64,000 bases of DNA from an uncultured Alphaproteobacteria bacterium (GTDB lineage Bacteria > Pseudomonadota > Alphaproteobacteria > HIMB59 > GCA-002718135). Shown in pieces: positions 27,879 to 37,779 of the stretch. The notes under the pieces were generated by a model. The model did no database searches, had not been told where the DNA came from, and worked only from the letters and a program-made list of their open reading frames with translations. The translations under genes and the position numbers were made by a program. The first letter of the stretch is position 1, and each line of letters starts with the position of its first letter. The stretch is taken from NCBI GenBank assembly GCA_902614395.1, contig CACMKW010000002.1, positions 3,356 to 67,355 on the forward strand, written 5' to 3'.

Positions 27879-30178
27879 ATAATATAAATATAAGTTTGGT
27901 TATTCCTTGTTATGAGAATTTTAATTCTTTTAAAAAGTCATTTTCTTCAGCTATTAATCAAAAATCTAAACCAGAACAAATAATAATTATTGACTCATCT
28001 AATAGTGATAATATTCGTGAATACATTCAAAAAAATAATTATGACAATTTATCAATTGAAATTATATATCATCATGAAAAAAATTTATATCCAGGAAAAG
28101 CAAGAAATATTGGAGTTAAAATTTCGCAATGTAATTGGATTGCATTTTTAGATTCTAAAACAATTGCTAGTGAAAATTGGTTATCAGAGTACAAAAAACT
28201 AATTTTAAAAAATAATTATGATGTAATATTTGGATCCACAATGTTTGTGAGTAAAAAAGAAAATAAAATATCAACTCTTTTCTTAAATGCTACTTATGGA
28301 AATAAACCACATTGTACAGTGCCAGGAACATTAATAAAAAAAAATTACTTTGAACAAAATAAGTTTTTAGAAAATTTTAGATCTGGAGAAGATGTATTGT
28401 GGAGAAAAAAAATAATAAATAATCATTTAATTAATAAATTAATATTAGATAAAAAATTCTACGTCACATATGATCAAATTTCTAATAAATTCTCAGAGAA
28501 TATATATAAACATTTTATTTATTCGATCTACTCTTCAACTATTGCTATTAAAAATAACATTAAGGATATTTATTTGTCTATTTTTTTAATATTAACTGCA
28601 CTCATTATCCCCAAATGGAATGTTTTAATTGAAGGCTGGGATACAAATCCATTGTATATCCCAAATATAACAAAATTATATATTCTTACATTAGTATCAA
28701 TATTAATAATTTATGTTCTTTTTAAAAATATTTTAAATTTTAAAATTTTTAAAGAAAATTTTTTAATAAAAATAATTTTAGCTATTTTATTTATTTTTTT
28801 TTCCATATTTATAATTAGATGGAATGAGGAATATTCTCTTAGATATTATAATGCAATTTTTAAATTACCTCATATCACAAAAATATATTTATTTTCGATT
28901 GTACTTATTTCAATAATTTATAGAGGTATCTATGTTCCATTAGTAAACAATGTCAAATTAAGTAAACTTATGTATTTTGAATGGATCAAAATTGGTATCT
29001 TTGGCTTGTGTATTGATATTGTAAAAAGCCCTGGCTTAATTTTTGGATCAATAATTTCAGTTTTTAAGCTAGAATTTTTATTTAATTTAAAAGAAAAGAA
29101 TCTTGAAAAAAAAATGCTTGTTGTTTGTCCATTTCCTCATGATGTTCAAGCTGGTCAAAGATTAAAATACGAACAACATTTAAAATTCTTTTATTTAAAT
29201 GGATATAGCATTACACTTTCATCCTTCATTTCAAAAAAAACATGGAATATAATCTATAAAAAAGGATTTTATTTTAGAAAATCATTTGCACTGATTAAAG
29301 GGTATTTATTAAGATTATTAGGATTATTATCATTAAGAAAGTATGATGCTGTTTATATATTTATGTGGGTTGTGCCTTATACATCCGGCATAGTTGAAAA
29401 TATTTATCGTAAAGTAGCAAAAAAAATAATCTACGATATGGAAGATAATATTTTAATTATTCCAAAAAATGAAATAAACCCAATAACTTCTTCATTTAAA
29501 TCTGTGAAAAAATATCAATATTTAATTTCTTCTGCTGATCAAGTAATTGTATCATCTAAATACATGGAAGAAATTTGTAATAAATTAAACAATAAAAATA
29601 ATGCAAATTACATTTGTGCCTCAATAAACTTAAATAGATATAATCCAATAACTAAAAAAAATAAACCTACTATTAATATCGGTTGGACAGGTACGTTTAG
29701 TACAAAAAAATATCTCAAAATTATTGAACCTGTGATTCAGGAAATTTCAAAGATAAGAAATATAAATTTTATTGTAATTGGTGATTTTGATTACTATCTC
29801 GAAGGTGTAAAAGTTCAAAATATTATTTGGAATAAATCAACGGAAATTGATGACTTGAATAAAATAGATATAGGAATTTATCCTTTATTTAAAGATGAGT
29901 GGGTTTTGGGTAAAAGTGGTTTAAAAGCATTACAATATATGGCACTAGGTATACCAACTGTAGCTACAAATTATGGAAATATAAAAAATATCATTACGAA
30001 TAATTTAAATGGTTATTTGGTAAATAGCAGAGAAGAATGGATAACAAAATTGACAGAGTTATGCGACGATGTTGACTTAAGGAATTATGTTGGTAATAAT
30101 GGTAGAAAACATGTAGAAAAATTTTATTCAGTTGATGTAATCAGCAAAAAATATCTAGATGTAATAAATAATTTGTAA
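27875..30178 (+). CDS. Fusion protein: N-terminal GT2, central multi-TM region, C-terminal GT4 (GT-B)
   Basis: ISLVIPCYENF ... IIIIDSSNSDN ... AFLDSKT (GT2). About 170 aa of hydrophobic helices (aa 230-400 approx). C-terminal GKSGLKALQYMALGIPTVATNYGNIKNIITNNLNGYLV (GT4 nucleotide-sugar half). Confidence 0.75.
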   Translation: MNNINISLVIPCYENFNSFKKSFSSAINQKSKPEQIIIIDSSNSDNIREYIQKNNYDNLSIEIIYHHEKNLYPGKARNIGVKISQCNWIAFLDSKTIASENWLSEYKKLILKNNYDVIFGSTMFVSKKENKISTLFLNATYGNKPHCTVPGTLIKKNYFEQNKFLENFRSGEDVLWRKKIINNHLINKLILDKKFYVTYDQISNKFSENIYKHFIYSIYSSTIAIKNNIKDIYLSIFLILTALIIPKWNVLIEGWDTNPLYIPNITKLYILTLVSILIIYVLFKNILNFKIFKENFLIKIILAILFIFFSIFIIRWNEEYSLRYYNAIFKLPHITKIYLFSIVLISIIYRGIYVPLVNNVKLSKLMYFEWIKIGIFGLCIDIVKSPGLIFGSIISVFKLEFLFNLKEKNLEKKMLVVCPFPHDVQAGQRLKYEQHLKFFYLNGYSITLSSFISKKTWNIIYKKGFYFRKSFALIKGYLLRLLGLLSLRKYDAVYIFMWVVPYTSGIVENIYRKVAKKIIYDMEDNILIIPKNEINPITSSFKSVKKYQYLISSADQVIVSSKYMEEICNKLNNKNNANYICASINLNRYNPITKKNKPTINIGWTGTFSTKKYLKIIEPVIQEISKIRNINFIVIGDFDYYLEGVKVQNIIWNKSTEIDDLNKIDIGIYPLFKDEWVLGKSGLKALQYMALGIPTVATNYGNIKNIITNNLNGYLVNSREEWITKLTELCDDVDLRNYVGNNGRKHVEKFYSVDVISKKYLDVINNL

Positions 30179-30186
30179 TAGCTTAT

Positions 30187-31077
30187 ATGAAAAAAATTTA
30201 TCTAGCAGGAAGTGGCGGTATGTTAGGTGAAGCCTTTTATGATTTATTTAGTAAAGATTATAAAGTTTTAGCTTCAGACATAGATGTTAACGAGGATTGG
30301 TTGCATTTTCTTGATTTTAGAAATTTTGAAAAATATCATCAAGATGTATATAATTTTAAACCTGATTATCTTTTTCACTTAGGTGCTATTACAAGTTTAG
30401 AAGAATGTGATTTAGATGAAGATAAAGCTTATTCAACTAATACAATTGGTCCAGAAAACGCAACTATAATAGCAAATCAATTGGATATCCCTATAATTTA
30501 TATAAGCACTGCAGGAATTTTTGATGGAAAAAAAGATTTATATGATGACTGGGATATTCCAAATCCGCTTGGTCATTATGCAAGAAGTAAATACAACGGT
30601 GAGCTGTATGTTGAGCAAAATGCAAAAAAATATTTAATTTTAAGAGCGGGTTGGATGATGGGAGGAGGTCCAAAAAAAGATAAAAAATTTATTAATAAAA
30701 TTTATAAACAAATAATTCAAAATAAAAATACCATTAATATAGTAAATGATAAGTTAGGTACTCCAACTTATACAATAGATTTTGCTAAAAATACTAAATT
30801 ATTACTCGAAAAAAATATTTGGGGAAAATATAATTTAGTCTGTGAAGGAGTTTCAAGTAGATTAGAAGTTGCAAAAGAAATTTTGAAAATAATGAATATA
30901 TCAGACAAAATAAATTTAAATGAAGTCGACTCATCTTTTTTTCAAAAAGAATATTTTTCTCCAAGACCTCCTTCGGAGAGATTAATTAATAAAAAATTAA
31001 ACTTGAGAAATTTAAATATAATGAGAGATTGGAAAATCTGTTTGAATGAATATCTAAATTTGAGATTTTTGAAATAA
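30187..31077 (+). CDS. RmlD-family NDP-4-keto-6-deoxyhexose reductase paralog
   Basis: KIYLAGSGGMLGEAF, ISTAGIFDG and catalytic YARSKYNGE follow the RmlD substrate-binding-domain pattern, but the protein differs strongly from the rmlD at 32650. Confidence 0.7.
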   Translation: MKKIYLAGSGGMLGEAFYDLFSKDYKVLASDIDVNEDWLHFLDFRNFEKYHQDVYNFKPDYLFHLGAITSLEECDLDEDKAYSTNTIGPENATIIANQLDIPIIYISTAGIFDGKKDLYDDWDIPNPLGHYARSKYNGELYVEQNAKKYLILRAGWMMGGGPKKDKKFINKIYKQIIQNKNTINIVNDKLGTPTYTIDFAKNTKLLLEKNIWGKYNLVCEGVSSRLEVAKEILKIMNISDKINLNEVDSSFFQKEYFSPRPPSERLINKKLNLRNLNIMRDWKICLNEYLNLRFLK

Positions 31078-31088
31078 TATTATTAATT

Positions 31089-31646
31089 ATGCTAAATATT
31101 AAGACATATTTTGATGGCTCTATTAAATTAATAAATTCTCAATTGTTCAAAGATAGCAGAGGTTTTTTTACTGAATCTTATAATTATAATTTTTTTAGAA
31201 AAAACTTCAAAGTATCGGATAGATTTGTTCAGGATAATATATCTTTTTCAAGAAAAAAAAACACAATCAGAGGAATGCATTTACAATTGCCGCCTTTTTC
31301 TCAGTCAAAATTAGTCAGTGTGTTGAGTGGTTCCATATTAGATTATTTTGTTGATATGCGAAAAAGTTCGAAAACTTTTGGTTTATATGGATATGTTCAT
31401 TTAAATTCAAAAAAAAATCAATATTTATATATAAAAAAAGGATTTGCACATGGTTTTAAAACTTTAGAAGATAATACAACTGTTTTTTATAAAGTATCAA
31501 ATTATTATTCAAAAAAACACGAAATAACTCTAAATTTCAAAGATAAGCATATTAATATAGATTGGCAATTAAATAATTCAAAACCAAATCTTTCTAAAAA
31601 AGATTTACAAGCTGATAATTTTGATAAAATAATTAAATTTTTATGA
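31089..31646 (+). CDS. rmlC: dTDP-4-dehydrorhamnose 3,5-epimerase
   Basis: DSRGFFTESY, RGMHLQ, GFAHGF. 185 aa. Confidence 0.85.
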   Translation: MLNIKTYFDGSIKLINSQLFKDSRGFFTESYNYNFFRKNFKVSDRFVQDNISFSRKKNTIRGMHLQLPPFSQSKLVSVLSGSILDYFVDMRKSSKTFGLYGYVHLNSKKNQYLYIKKGFAHGFKTLEDNTTVFYKVSNYYSKKHEITLNFKDKHINIDWQLNNSKPNLSKKDLQADNFDKIIKFL

Positions 31647-32653
31647 GAATAATTGTTACAGGAGGATCAGGTTTTATTGGGTCACACTTAGTCCGTTTAT
31701 TAATTAAAAAAAAACATATAGTATTAAATATTGATAAACTATCAAAATTTTCTGTTAATGAATCACTTGATGATTTAAAAAAAAACAAAAAATATAACTT
31801 TAAAAAAATTGACCTTCAAAATTATTCAAAATTAAGCACGGCAATAAATAATTTTAAACCAAATATAATATATAATTTGGCTGCTGAGTCACATGTTGAT
31901 AGATCTATAACTAACCCAATAAATTTTGTAAAATCTAATATAAATTCAACAATTAATTTATTAGAGGCTGCTAATAAGTATCTTGATAAAAATACTAAAA
32001 TTAAAAAAAATTTCAAATTAATTCATGTTTCTACAGATGAAATATATGGCTCATTAAATTCTAAAGAAAAAAAATTCACAGAAAAGTCAAAAATTGAACC
32101 TAGCTCACCATATGCAGCATCAAAAGCTTCTACTGATTTATTAGTCAAAGCTTGGAATAAAACTTATAAATTACCAATAATAATTACAAACTGTAGTAAT
32201 AATTTTGGCCCTTGGCAATACCCTGAAAAGTTAATTCCAGTTATTATTTCTAAAATATTAAAAAAACAAACCATTCCAATATATGGAAACGGCAAAAATA
32301 TTAGAGACTGGATATATGTTTTAGACCATGTTGATTGTTTATACACAATATTAAAAAAAGGTAAAATTGGTGAAACATATAATATAGGAACTAACAATGA
32401 GCTAGAAAACATTAATTTATGCAGAATGATTTGTTTAAAAATAAACAAATTAAAGAAAAATAAATTCAATAATCTTAAACTAATTAATTTTGTAGATGAT
32501 CGCAAAGGTCATGATCTAAGGTATGCAATAAATAATAATAAAATAAAAAAAACACTTGGTTTTAGATCAAAATATAAATTTGAAAACGCATTAGACAGTA
32601 CAGTAAAATGGTATTTAAACAATTCAAATTGGCTAAAGAATAAAACTAAATGA
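31643..32653 (+). CDS. rmlB: dTDP-glucose 4,6-dehydratase
   Basis: IIVTGGSGFIGSH, AAESHVDRSI, VSTDEIYG, YAASKAS, NNFGPWQYPEKLIP. Confidence 0.9.
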   Translation: MRIIVTGGSGFIGSHLVRLLIKKKHIVLNIDKLSKFSVNESLDDLKKNKKYNFKKIDLQNYSKLSTAINNFKPNIIYNLAAESHVDRSITNPINFVKSNINSTINLLEAANKYLDKNTKIKKNFKLIHVSTDEIYGSLNSKEKKFTEKSKIEPSSPYAASKASTDLLVKAWNKTYKLPIIITNCSNNFGPWQYPEKLIPVIISKILKKQTIPIYGNGKNIRDWIYVLDHVDCLYTILKKGKIGETYNIGTNNELENINLCRMICLKINKLKKNKFNNLKLINFVDDRKGHDLRYAINNNKIKKTLGFRSKYKFENALDSTVKWYLNNSNWLKNKTK

Positions 32654-33531
32654 AAGTATTAATTCTGGGATCAAGAGGGCAATTAGGAAAAATATTATAT
32701 AATTATTTATTAAAAAAAAAATTTTTTATAGTAAATAGTTTATCAAGAAAAAATTTTGATTTAACAAATAAAATAAAATTAACAAAATATATCACTCAAA
32801 TTAATCCAGATGTTGTAATTAATTGTGTAGCATATACAGATGTTGAAAATGCAGAAATAAATAAAAAAAAATGTTTTTTAATTAATTCAAAATTTACAAG
32901 TGTCTTATCAGATTTGTGTATTAAAAATAATTGTTTTCTAATACATTTTTCTACAGATTTCGTTTTTAATGGCAAAAAAGGCAATTACAAAGAGTCTAAT
33001 AAAGTTTCATCTATAAATTATTATGGTCATACTAAAATATTAGGAGAAAATAATATAAAAAAAAAATTAAAAAAATATATTATTATAAGGACCTCCTGGT
33101 TGTATAGTAACTCTAAAAATAATTTCTTTACAAAAATTATAACAAAAATAAAAAATAAAGAAGATATTCAAGTAGTAAACGATCAGTTTGGTTTTCCAAC
33201 TTCATGCTATGACTTAGCTAAAGTTACTATTAAAATAATTACAATATTTAAAAATAATAATAAAATTAAAACTGGCGTTTATCATTATTCAAATTATGGA
33301 ATTAAAGAAATCTCATGGTTTGATTTTGCTAAAAAAATAAATTATTATTATTGCAAAAAGACTAATAATTTCTCTAAAATTATTAGTGTGTCTTCTAAAA
33401 AGTTTAAAACTATTGCAAAAAGACCAGCAAATTCTTCTCTAAATATTGATAAAATATGCAATACATTTAATATCAAAAAGAAAAAGTGGGATATGGAACT
33501 AAAAAAAATTATTAGAGGTGAGAGAATTTAA
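32650..33531 (+). CDS. rmlD: dTDP-4-dehydrorhamnose reductase
   Basis: VLILGSRGQLG, NCVAYTDVENAE, FSTDFVFNG, YGHTKILGE. Confidence 0.85.
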   Translation: MKVLILGSRGQLGKILYNYLLKKKFFIVNSLSRKNFDLTNKIKLTKYITQINPDVVINCVAYTDVENAEINKKKCFLINSKFTSVLSDLCIKNNCFLIHFSTDFVFNGKKGNYKESNKVSSINYYGHTKILGENNIKKKLKKYIIIRTSWLYSNSKNNFFTKIITKIKNKEDIQVVNDQFGFPTSCYDLAKVTIKIITIFKNNNKIKTGVYHYSNYGIKEISWFDFAKKINYYYCKKTNNFSKIISVSSKKFKTIAKRPANSSLNIDKICNTFNIKKKKWDMELKKIIRGERI

Positions 33532-34382
33532 TGAAAGGAATAATATTATCTGGAGGTGATGGTAAAAGATTGTATCCAATAACAAAATCTATCACCAAGC
33601 AATTATTACCTATTTATGATAAACCTATGATTTACTATCCATTATCTACTCTTATGGAATTCCAGATTAGGGATATTTTAATTATTGTTAAACCAAGTGA
33701 TCTAAAATTATTTAAAAATTTATTAGGTAACGGTAGTAAATTTGGAATTAAAATTAATTATAAAATTCAAAAAAAACCTGCTGGTATAGCTGAGTCTTTT
33801 TTAATTGGTGAAAAGTTTATAAATAAAAGTAATGTATGCTTGATTTTAGGAGATAATATTTTTCATGGGATACCATACAAAGAAATTTTACCACAAAACT
33901 CAAACTTTAATGGAGCAAAAATAATACTCTATAAAGTTCAAGATCCCGATAGGTATGGTGTAGCTAAATTTAATAAAAAAAATAAAATTGTTAAAATAAT
34001 TGAGAAGCCAAAAAAATTTATATCAAATTATGCAGTAACAGGAATTTATTTTTATGATAACAAAGTTATAAACTTTGCAAAAAAATTAAATCCTTCAAAT
34101 AGAAATGAATTAGAAATAACTGATATTAACAACTATTATTTAAAAGAAAGTAATTTAAAATATTTTAAAATTAAACCAGGTGGAGTGTGGCTTGATGCGG
34201 GTACTGAAAAGTCTCTTTTGCAATCATCACTCTTTATTCAAACAATGCAAGAAAGACAAAATATTCAAATTTCTTCGCCAGAAATTATTGCATATAATAA
34301 TGGATGGATTTCCAAAAAAAAATTAATTAGCTCAGTTACAGATATTAATAATTCATACACTAGTTTTATAAAAAATTCTTAA
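33531..34382 (+). CDS. rmlA: Glucose-1-phosphate thymidylyltransferase
   Basis: KGIILSGGDGKRLYPITKSITKQLLPIYDKPMIYYPLSTL, LGDNIF, YGV..F ... EKP. Confidence 0.9.
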   Translation: MKGIILSGGDGKRLYPITKSITKQLLPIYDKPMIYYPLSTLMEFQIRDILIIVKPSDLKLFKNLLGNGSKFGIKINYKIQKKPAGIAESFLIGEKFINKSNVCLILGDNIFHGIPYKEILPQNSNFNGAKIILYKVQDPDRYGVAKFNKKNKIVKIIEKPKKFISNYAVTGIYFYDNKVINFAKKLNPSNRNELEITDINNYYLKESNLKYFKIKPGGVWLDAGTEKSLLQSSLFIQTMQERQNIQISSPEIIAYNNGWISKKKLISSVTDINNSYTSFIKNS

Positions 34383-34386
34383 TCAA

Positions 34387-35460
34387 ATGTTAATTTACAT
34401 TTTGACTTTACTAATACCCTCATTATTCTATGGTTTTAATCTTAAGTTAGAAAGTAAATTTTATCATATTTTGATATATTTATTTTTATTTTATTTAATA
34501 TGTTTGGTAGGTTTACGTCATCATACTGGCGGAGATTGGTCTGCTCAAATTTACGAATATTACAGAGCTCAAGTTGGATTTAATATTTATACATTAGATT
34601 TTAGAGGTGACTTTTTATTTAGCTATTTAAACTATTTAGTTTCAAACTTTTATGGAAGTATTTACATTCTCAATGTTTTTTTGGCATCTCTATTAGTTTT
34701 ATCAGTTTATTTATATTCATCTTTATTAAGTCAAAGATTTATTACTTTATTAATTTCTTTCCCATATATATTTGTAGTAGTTGGAATGGGCTTTAATAGA
34801 CAAGGTATGGCTTTGTCACTAGTCTTAATTGGACTTTATTATTTACAAAAAAATAAATATTTTATTTATATTTTATATTCTGCATTTTCAATATTTTCTC
34901 ATAAATCTGCAATAATAATTTTAGCAATAAATCTTTTTAAATTTAATAAATATTTTTTTCTTAGAATAATTTTTTCCATTTTGATTGCTGTGTTGATTAT
35001 TTATTTTGTTAAAGATGATTTATCTAGATTATACTATTATTATTTAGGAGGAGGTGTTCACCTTGATTCTAAAGGTTCAGTTTTTAGAAATTCCTTCAAT
35101 ACAATACCAGTATTAATATTTATTATTTTTTATAAAAGTTTTTTAAAAATAATGAAAGAAGAAGAAAAACAAATTTATCTGTTTTTTTCTTTTTATCAAT
35201 TAATTTTATTAGTTATGTCTTTTTATATTTCAACATTCGCAGATAGAATGACTATATATTCTTTACCTTTACAGTTATTTATTTTTAGTAATTTACATTC
35301 TATATTTCATCCAAAATATAAAGTATTAATAAATGTAATAATATTATCCATGTATAATTGTTATTTCTTTATTTGGATTTTTTTAGGGCAATACAGTAAG
35401 GTTTGGTTTCCTTATAGAAATATTATAATTGAATATATTTTTAATTTTCCTGTAAGATGA
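34387..35460 (+). CDS. EpsG family / Wzy-like polysaccharide polymerase (membrane)
   Basis: 357 aa with about 10 TM segments. GLRHHTGGDWSAQIYEYY resembles the EpsG G.D...Y loop after TM2. Confidence 0.6.
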   Translation: MLIYILTLLIPSLFYGFNLKLESKFYHILIYLFLFYLICLVGLRHHTGGDWSAQIYEYYRAQVGFNIYTLDFRGDFLFSYLNYLVSNFYGSIYILNVFLASLLVLSVYLYSSLLSQRFITLLISFPYIFVVVGMGFNRQGMALSLVLIGLYYLQKNKYFIYILYSAFSIFSHKSAIIILAINLFKFNKYFFLRIIFSILIAVLIIYFVKDDLSRLYYYYLGGGVHLDSKGSVFRNSFNTIPVLIFIIFYKSFLKIMKEEEKQIYLFFSFYQLILLVMSFYISTFADRMTIYSLPLQLFIFSNLHSIFHPKYKVLINVIILSMYNCYFFIWIFLGQYSKVWFPYRNIIIEYIFNFPVR

Positions 35461-36554
35461 AAAAAATATTAATAGTAAGTAATTCAATATGGAATGTAGA
35501 GAATTTTAGAAGAAGTCTTATAAATAAATTTTTAGATTTAAATTATAAGATTGATATAATTGTTCCTTTTGATAAAAAATATTTAAACACAATTGCACAT
35601 AAAAATATAAAAATTATATATATTGATTTTAAATCCAAATCATATTTTATTTTTCTAGATTTTTTATTTATCTACAAACTTTCTAGATATATAAAAAAAA
35701 ATAATCCTCATTATGTACTTTCATTTACTGTAAAACCAAATCTAATATGTGGATTTCTATCAAGATTTTATAATTATAAAAGTATCTGCAATATAACTGG
35801 TTTAGGAACTTTATTTCTTCGTGGTAATTTTATAAAAAAATTATCTTTACTTTTATATAAAATTTGTCTTAAAAAAGTAAATCATGTTTTATTTCATAAT
35901 ATTAATGACAAAAAAATATTTATAAAAAATTTGATCGTTAATGATTATAATTCTTCAACAATACCAGGGTCTGGAGTAAATTTAAATTACTTTCATTATG
36001 ATAAAAAAAAATATTTTAAAAATAAAGAAATTGTTTTTTTATATCTAGGTAGAATAATGAAAGATAAGGGTATTAATGAGTATATTAAAGCTATTGAAAC
36101 ATTAAAAACATTAAAATTAAATGTTAAATTTATTTTTGCAGGAGCCATTGATAATAAAAATAAAAACTTAAATAATAAATTTAACCAATTAATTAAAAAT
36201 AATAATATTATATTTTATAAGGATATATTAGATGTTAGAAATCTACTTAAAGTTTCTGATTGTATAGTATTACCTTCATACAGAGAAGGTTTATCTAAAA
36301 GTTTACTTGAGGCTTCTGCAATAGGTAGACCAATGTTAGTTAGCGATGTTCCTGGATGCAATGACATTGTTGATGATGGAGTAAATGGTTTTTTATTTAA
36401 ATCTAAAAACTATAAATCATTGCAAAACTGTTTGATAAAATTTATAAATTTACCAGAAGAAGAAAAAAACTTAATGGCAAAAAATTCATATATGAAATCG
36501 GTTAATTTTGATGAAAAAATTATAATTGATAAATATTTAAATTTAATGAATTGA
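35457..36554 (+). CDS. GT4 family glycosyltransferase
   Basis: PSYREGLSKSLLEASAIGRPMLVSDVPGCNDIVDDGVNGFL contains the E(x7)E motif. Confidence 0.85.
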   Translation: MKKILIVSNSIWNVENFRRSLINKFLDLNYKIDIIVPFDKKYLNTIAHKNIKIIYIDFKSKSYFIFLDFLFIYKLSRYIKKNNPHYVLSFTVKPNLICGFLSRFYNYKSICNITGLGTLFLRGNFIKKLSLLLYKICLKKVNHVLFHNINDKKIFIKNLIVNDYNSSTIPGSGVNLNYFHYDKKKYFKNKEIVFLYLGRIMKDKGINEYIKAIETLKTLKLNVKFIFAGAIDNKNKNLNNKFNQLIKNNNIIFYKDILDVRNLLKVSDCIVLPSYREGLSKSLLEASAIGRPMLVSDVPGCNDIVDDGVNGFLFKSKNYKSLQNCLIKFINLPEEEKNLMAKNSYMKSVNFDEKIIIDKYLNLMN

Positions 36555-36555
36555 T

Positions 36556-37779
36556 ATGAAGATAGCAATTATAGGTCTAGGATATGTTGGACTCCCTTTG
36601 TTAATCGAATTCTCAAAAAAATACAATGTTTTGGGATATGAAAAAAATAAAAAAAGAGTTTATGAATTAAAAAATAATATTGATTCAAATAATGAATTAA
36701 ATGCTAAGCAATTAAATTTAATTAAAAAAATTAATATAACCAATAATATCAATCATTTATCTGATATTAATATATTTATAGTAACAGTTCCAACACCTGT
36801 TAATAAAAAAAATATACCTGATTTAAAACCTTTGAAAAATGTCTGTCTTAATATTTCTAAATTTCTTAAAATCAATGACGTGGTTATTTTTGAATCTACA
36901 GTATATCCAGGTCTCACTGAGGATTTTTGTGTAAAATGGCTTAAAACTTATAATAATCTAATTTATAACAAAGACTTTTTTTGTGGTTATTCCCCTGAAA
37001 GAATCAACCCGGGTGATAAATCAAAAACCCTTACAAAAATAAAAAAAATTACCTCAGGTTCTAATCCTAAAACATCAAACTTAGTAAATAAGTTATATAA
37101 AAGTATTATAAAAGCTGGAACACATCAAGTCTCATCTATTAAAGTTGCTGAAGCTGCAAAAATAATTGAAAATTGTCAAAGAGATGTAAATATTGCATTT
37201 ATGAATGAACTTGAAAATATATTTGATAATCTAGGCTTAGATACTAAAGAAATACTTGAGGCAGCTAATACAAAATGGAATTTTTTAAATTTTAAACCAG
37301 GACTTGTAGGTGGGCATTGCGTTAGTGTAGATCCATATTATTTAATTTATAAATCTACTATTAAAAAATATAATCCTAAACTTTTAGCCTTAGCAAGAAA
37401 TATTAATGAAAAAATTCCAAACAAAATTACTTCTAAAGTAAGAAATTTACTTAATGATAATAAAAATAAAAAAATTTTAATTTTAGGTTTTTCTTTTAAA
37501 GAAAATTGCAATGATATTAGAAATACTAAAGTATTTAATATCTATAAATTATTAAATAAAACATTTAAAACAATATATATTTATGATCCACTAGTTAATA
37601 TAAAAGAAGTTAAGGAATTATACAACATTAGTATGATAACTAAATTAAAAAAAAATTATTATGACCTTGTTCTTATAACTGTTAAGCATGATATTTTTAA
37701 AATTTTTACTAGGAAAAAATTAAAAATCTACTTAAAAGGTAAAAAAATAATTTACGATTATATTAATCTACTCAAATAG
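36556..37779 (+). CDS. Nucleotide-sugar 6-dehydrogenase, TviB/WbpO/Cap5O-like (UDP-N-acetylhexosamine type)
   Basis: KIAIIGLGYVGLPL, YSPERINPGD, catalytic-Cys segment GLVGGHCVSVDPYYL (GGHC type, not the GFGGSC of classical Ugd). Confidence 0.85.
   Translation: MKIAIIGLGYVGLPLLIEFSKKYNVLGYEKNKKRVYELKNNIDSNNELNAKQLNLIKKINITNNINHLSDINIFIVTVPTPVNKKNIPDLKPLKNVCLNISKFLKINDVVIFESTVYPGLTEDFCVKWLKTYNNLIYNKDFFCGYSPERINPGDKSKTLTKIKKITSGSNPKTSNLVNKLYKSIIKAGTHQVSSIKVAEAAKIIENCQRDVNIAFMNELENIFDNLGLDTKEILEAANTKWNFLNFKPGLVGGHCVSVDPYYLIYKSTIKKYNPKLLALARNINEKIPNKITSKVRNLLNDNKNKKILILGFSFKENCNDIRNTKVFNIYKLLNKTFKTIYIYDPLVNIKEVKELYNISMITKLKKNYYDLVLITVKHDIFKIFTRKKLKIYLKGKKIIYDYINLLK

Noticed and set aside
36556-37779. 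Treating the nucleotide-sugar dehydrogenase as the Ugd that supplies UDP-glucuronate to the UXS at 14495.
   Set aside because: Its catalytic segment is the GGHC type typical of UDP-N-acetylhexosamine dehydrogenases (TviB/WbpO/Cap5O), not the GFGGSC type of UDP-glucose dehydrogenases. The UDP-GlcA source is probably encoded elsewhere.
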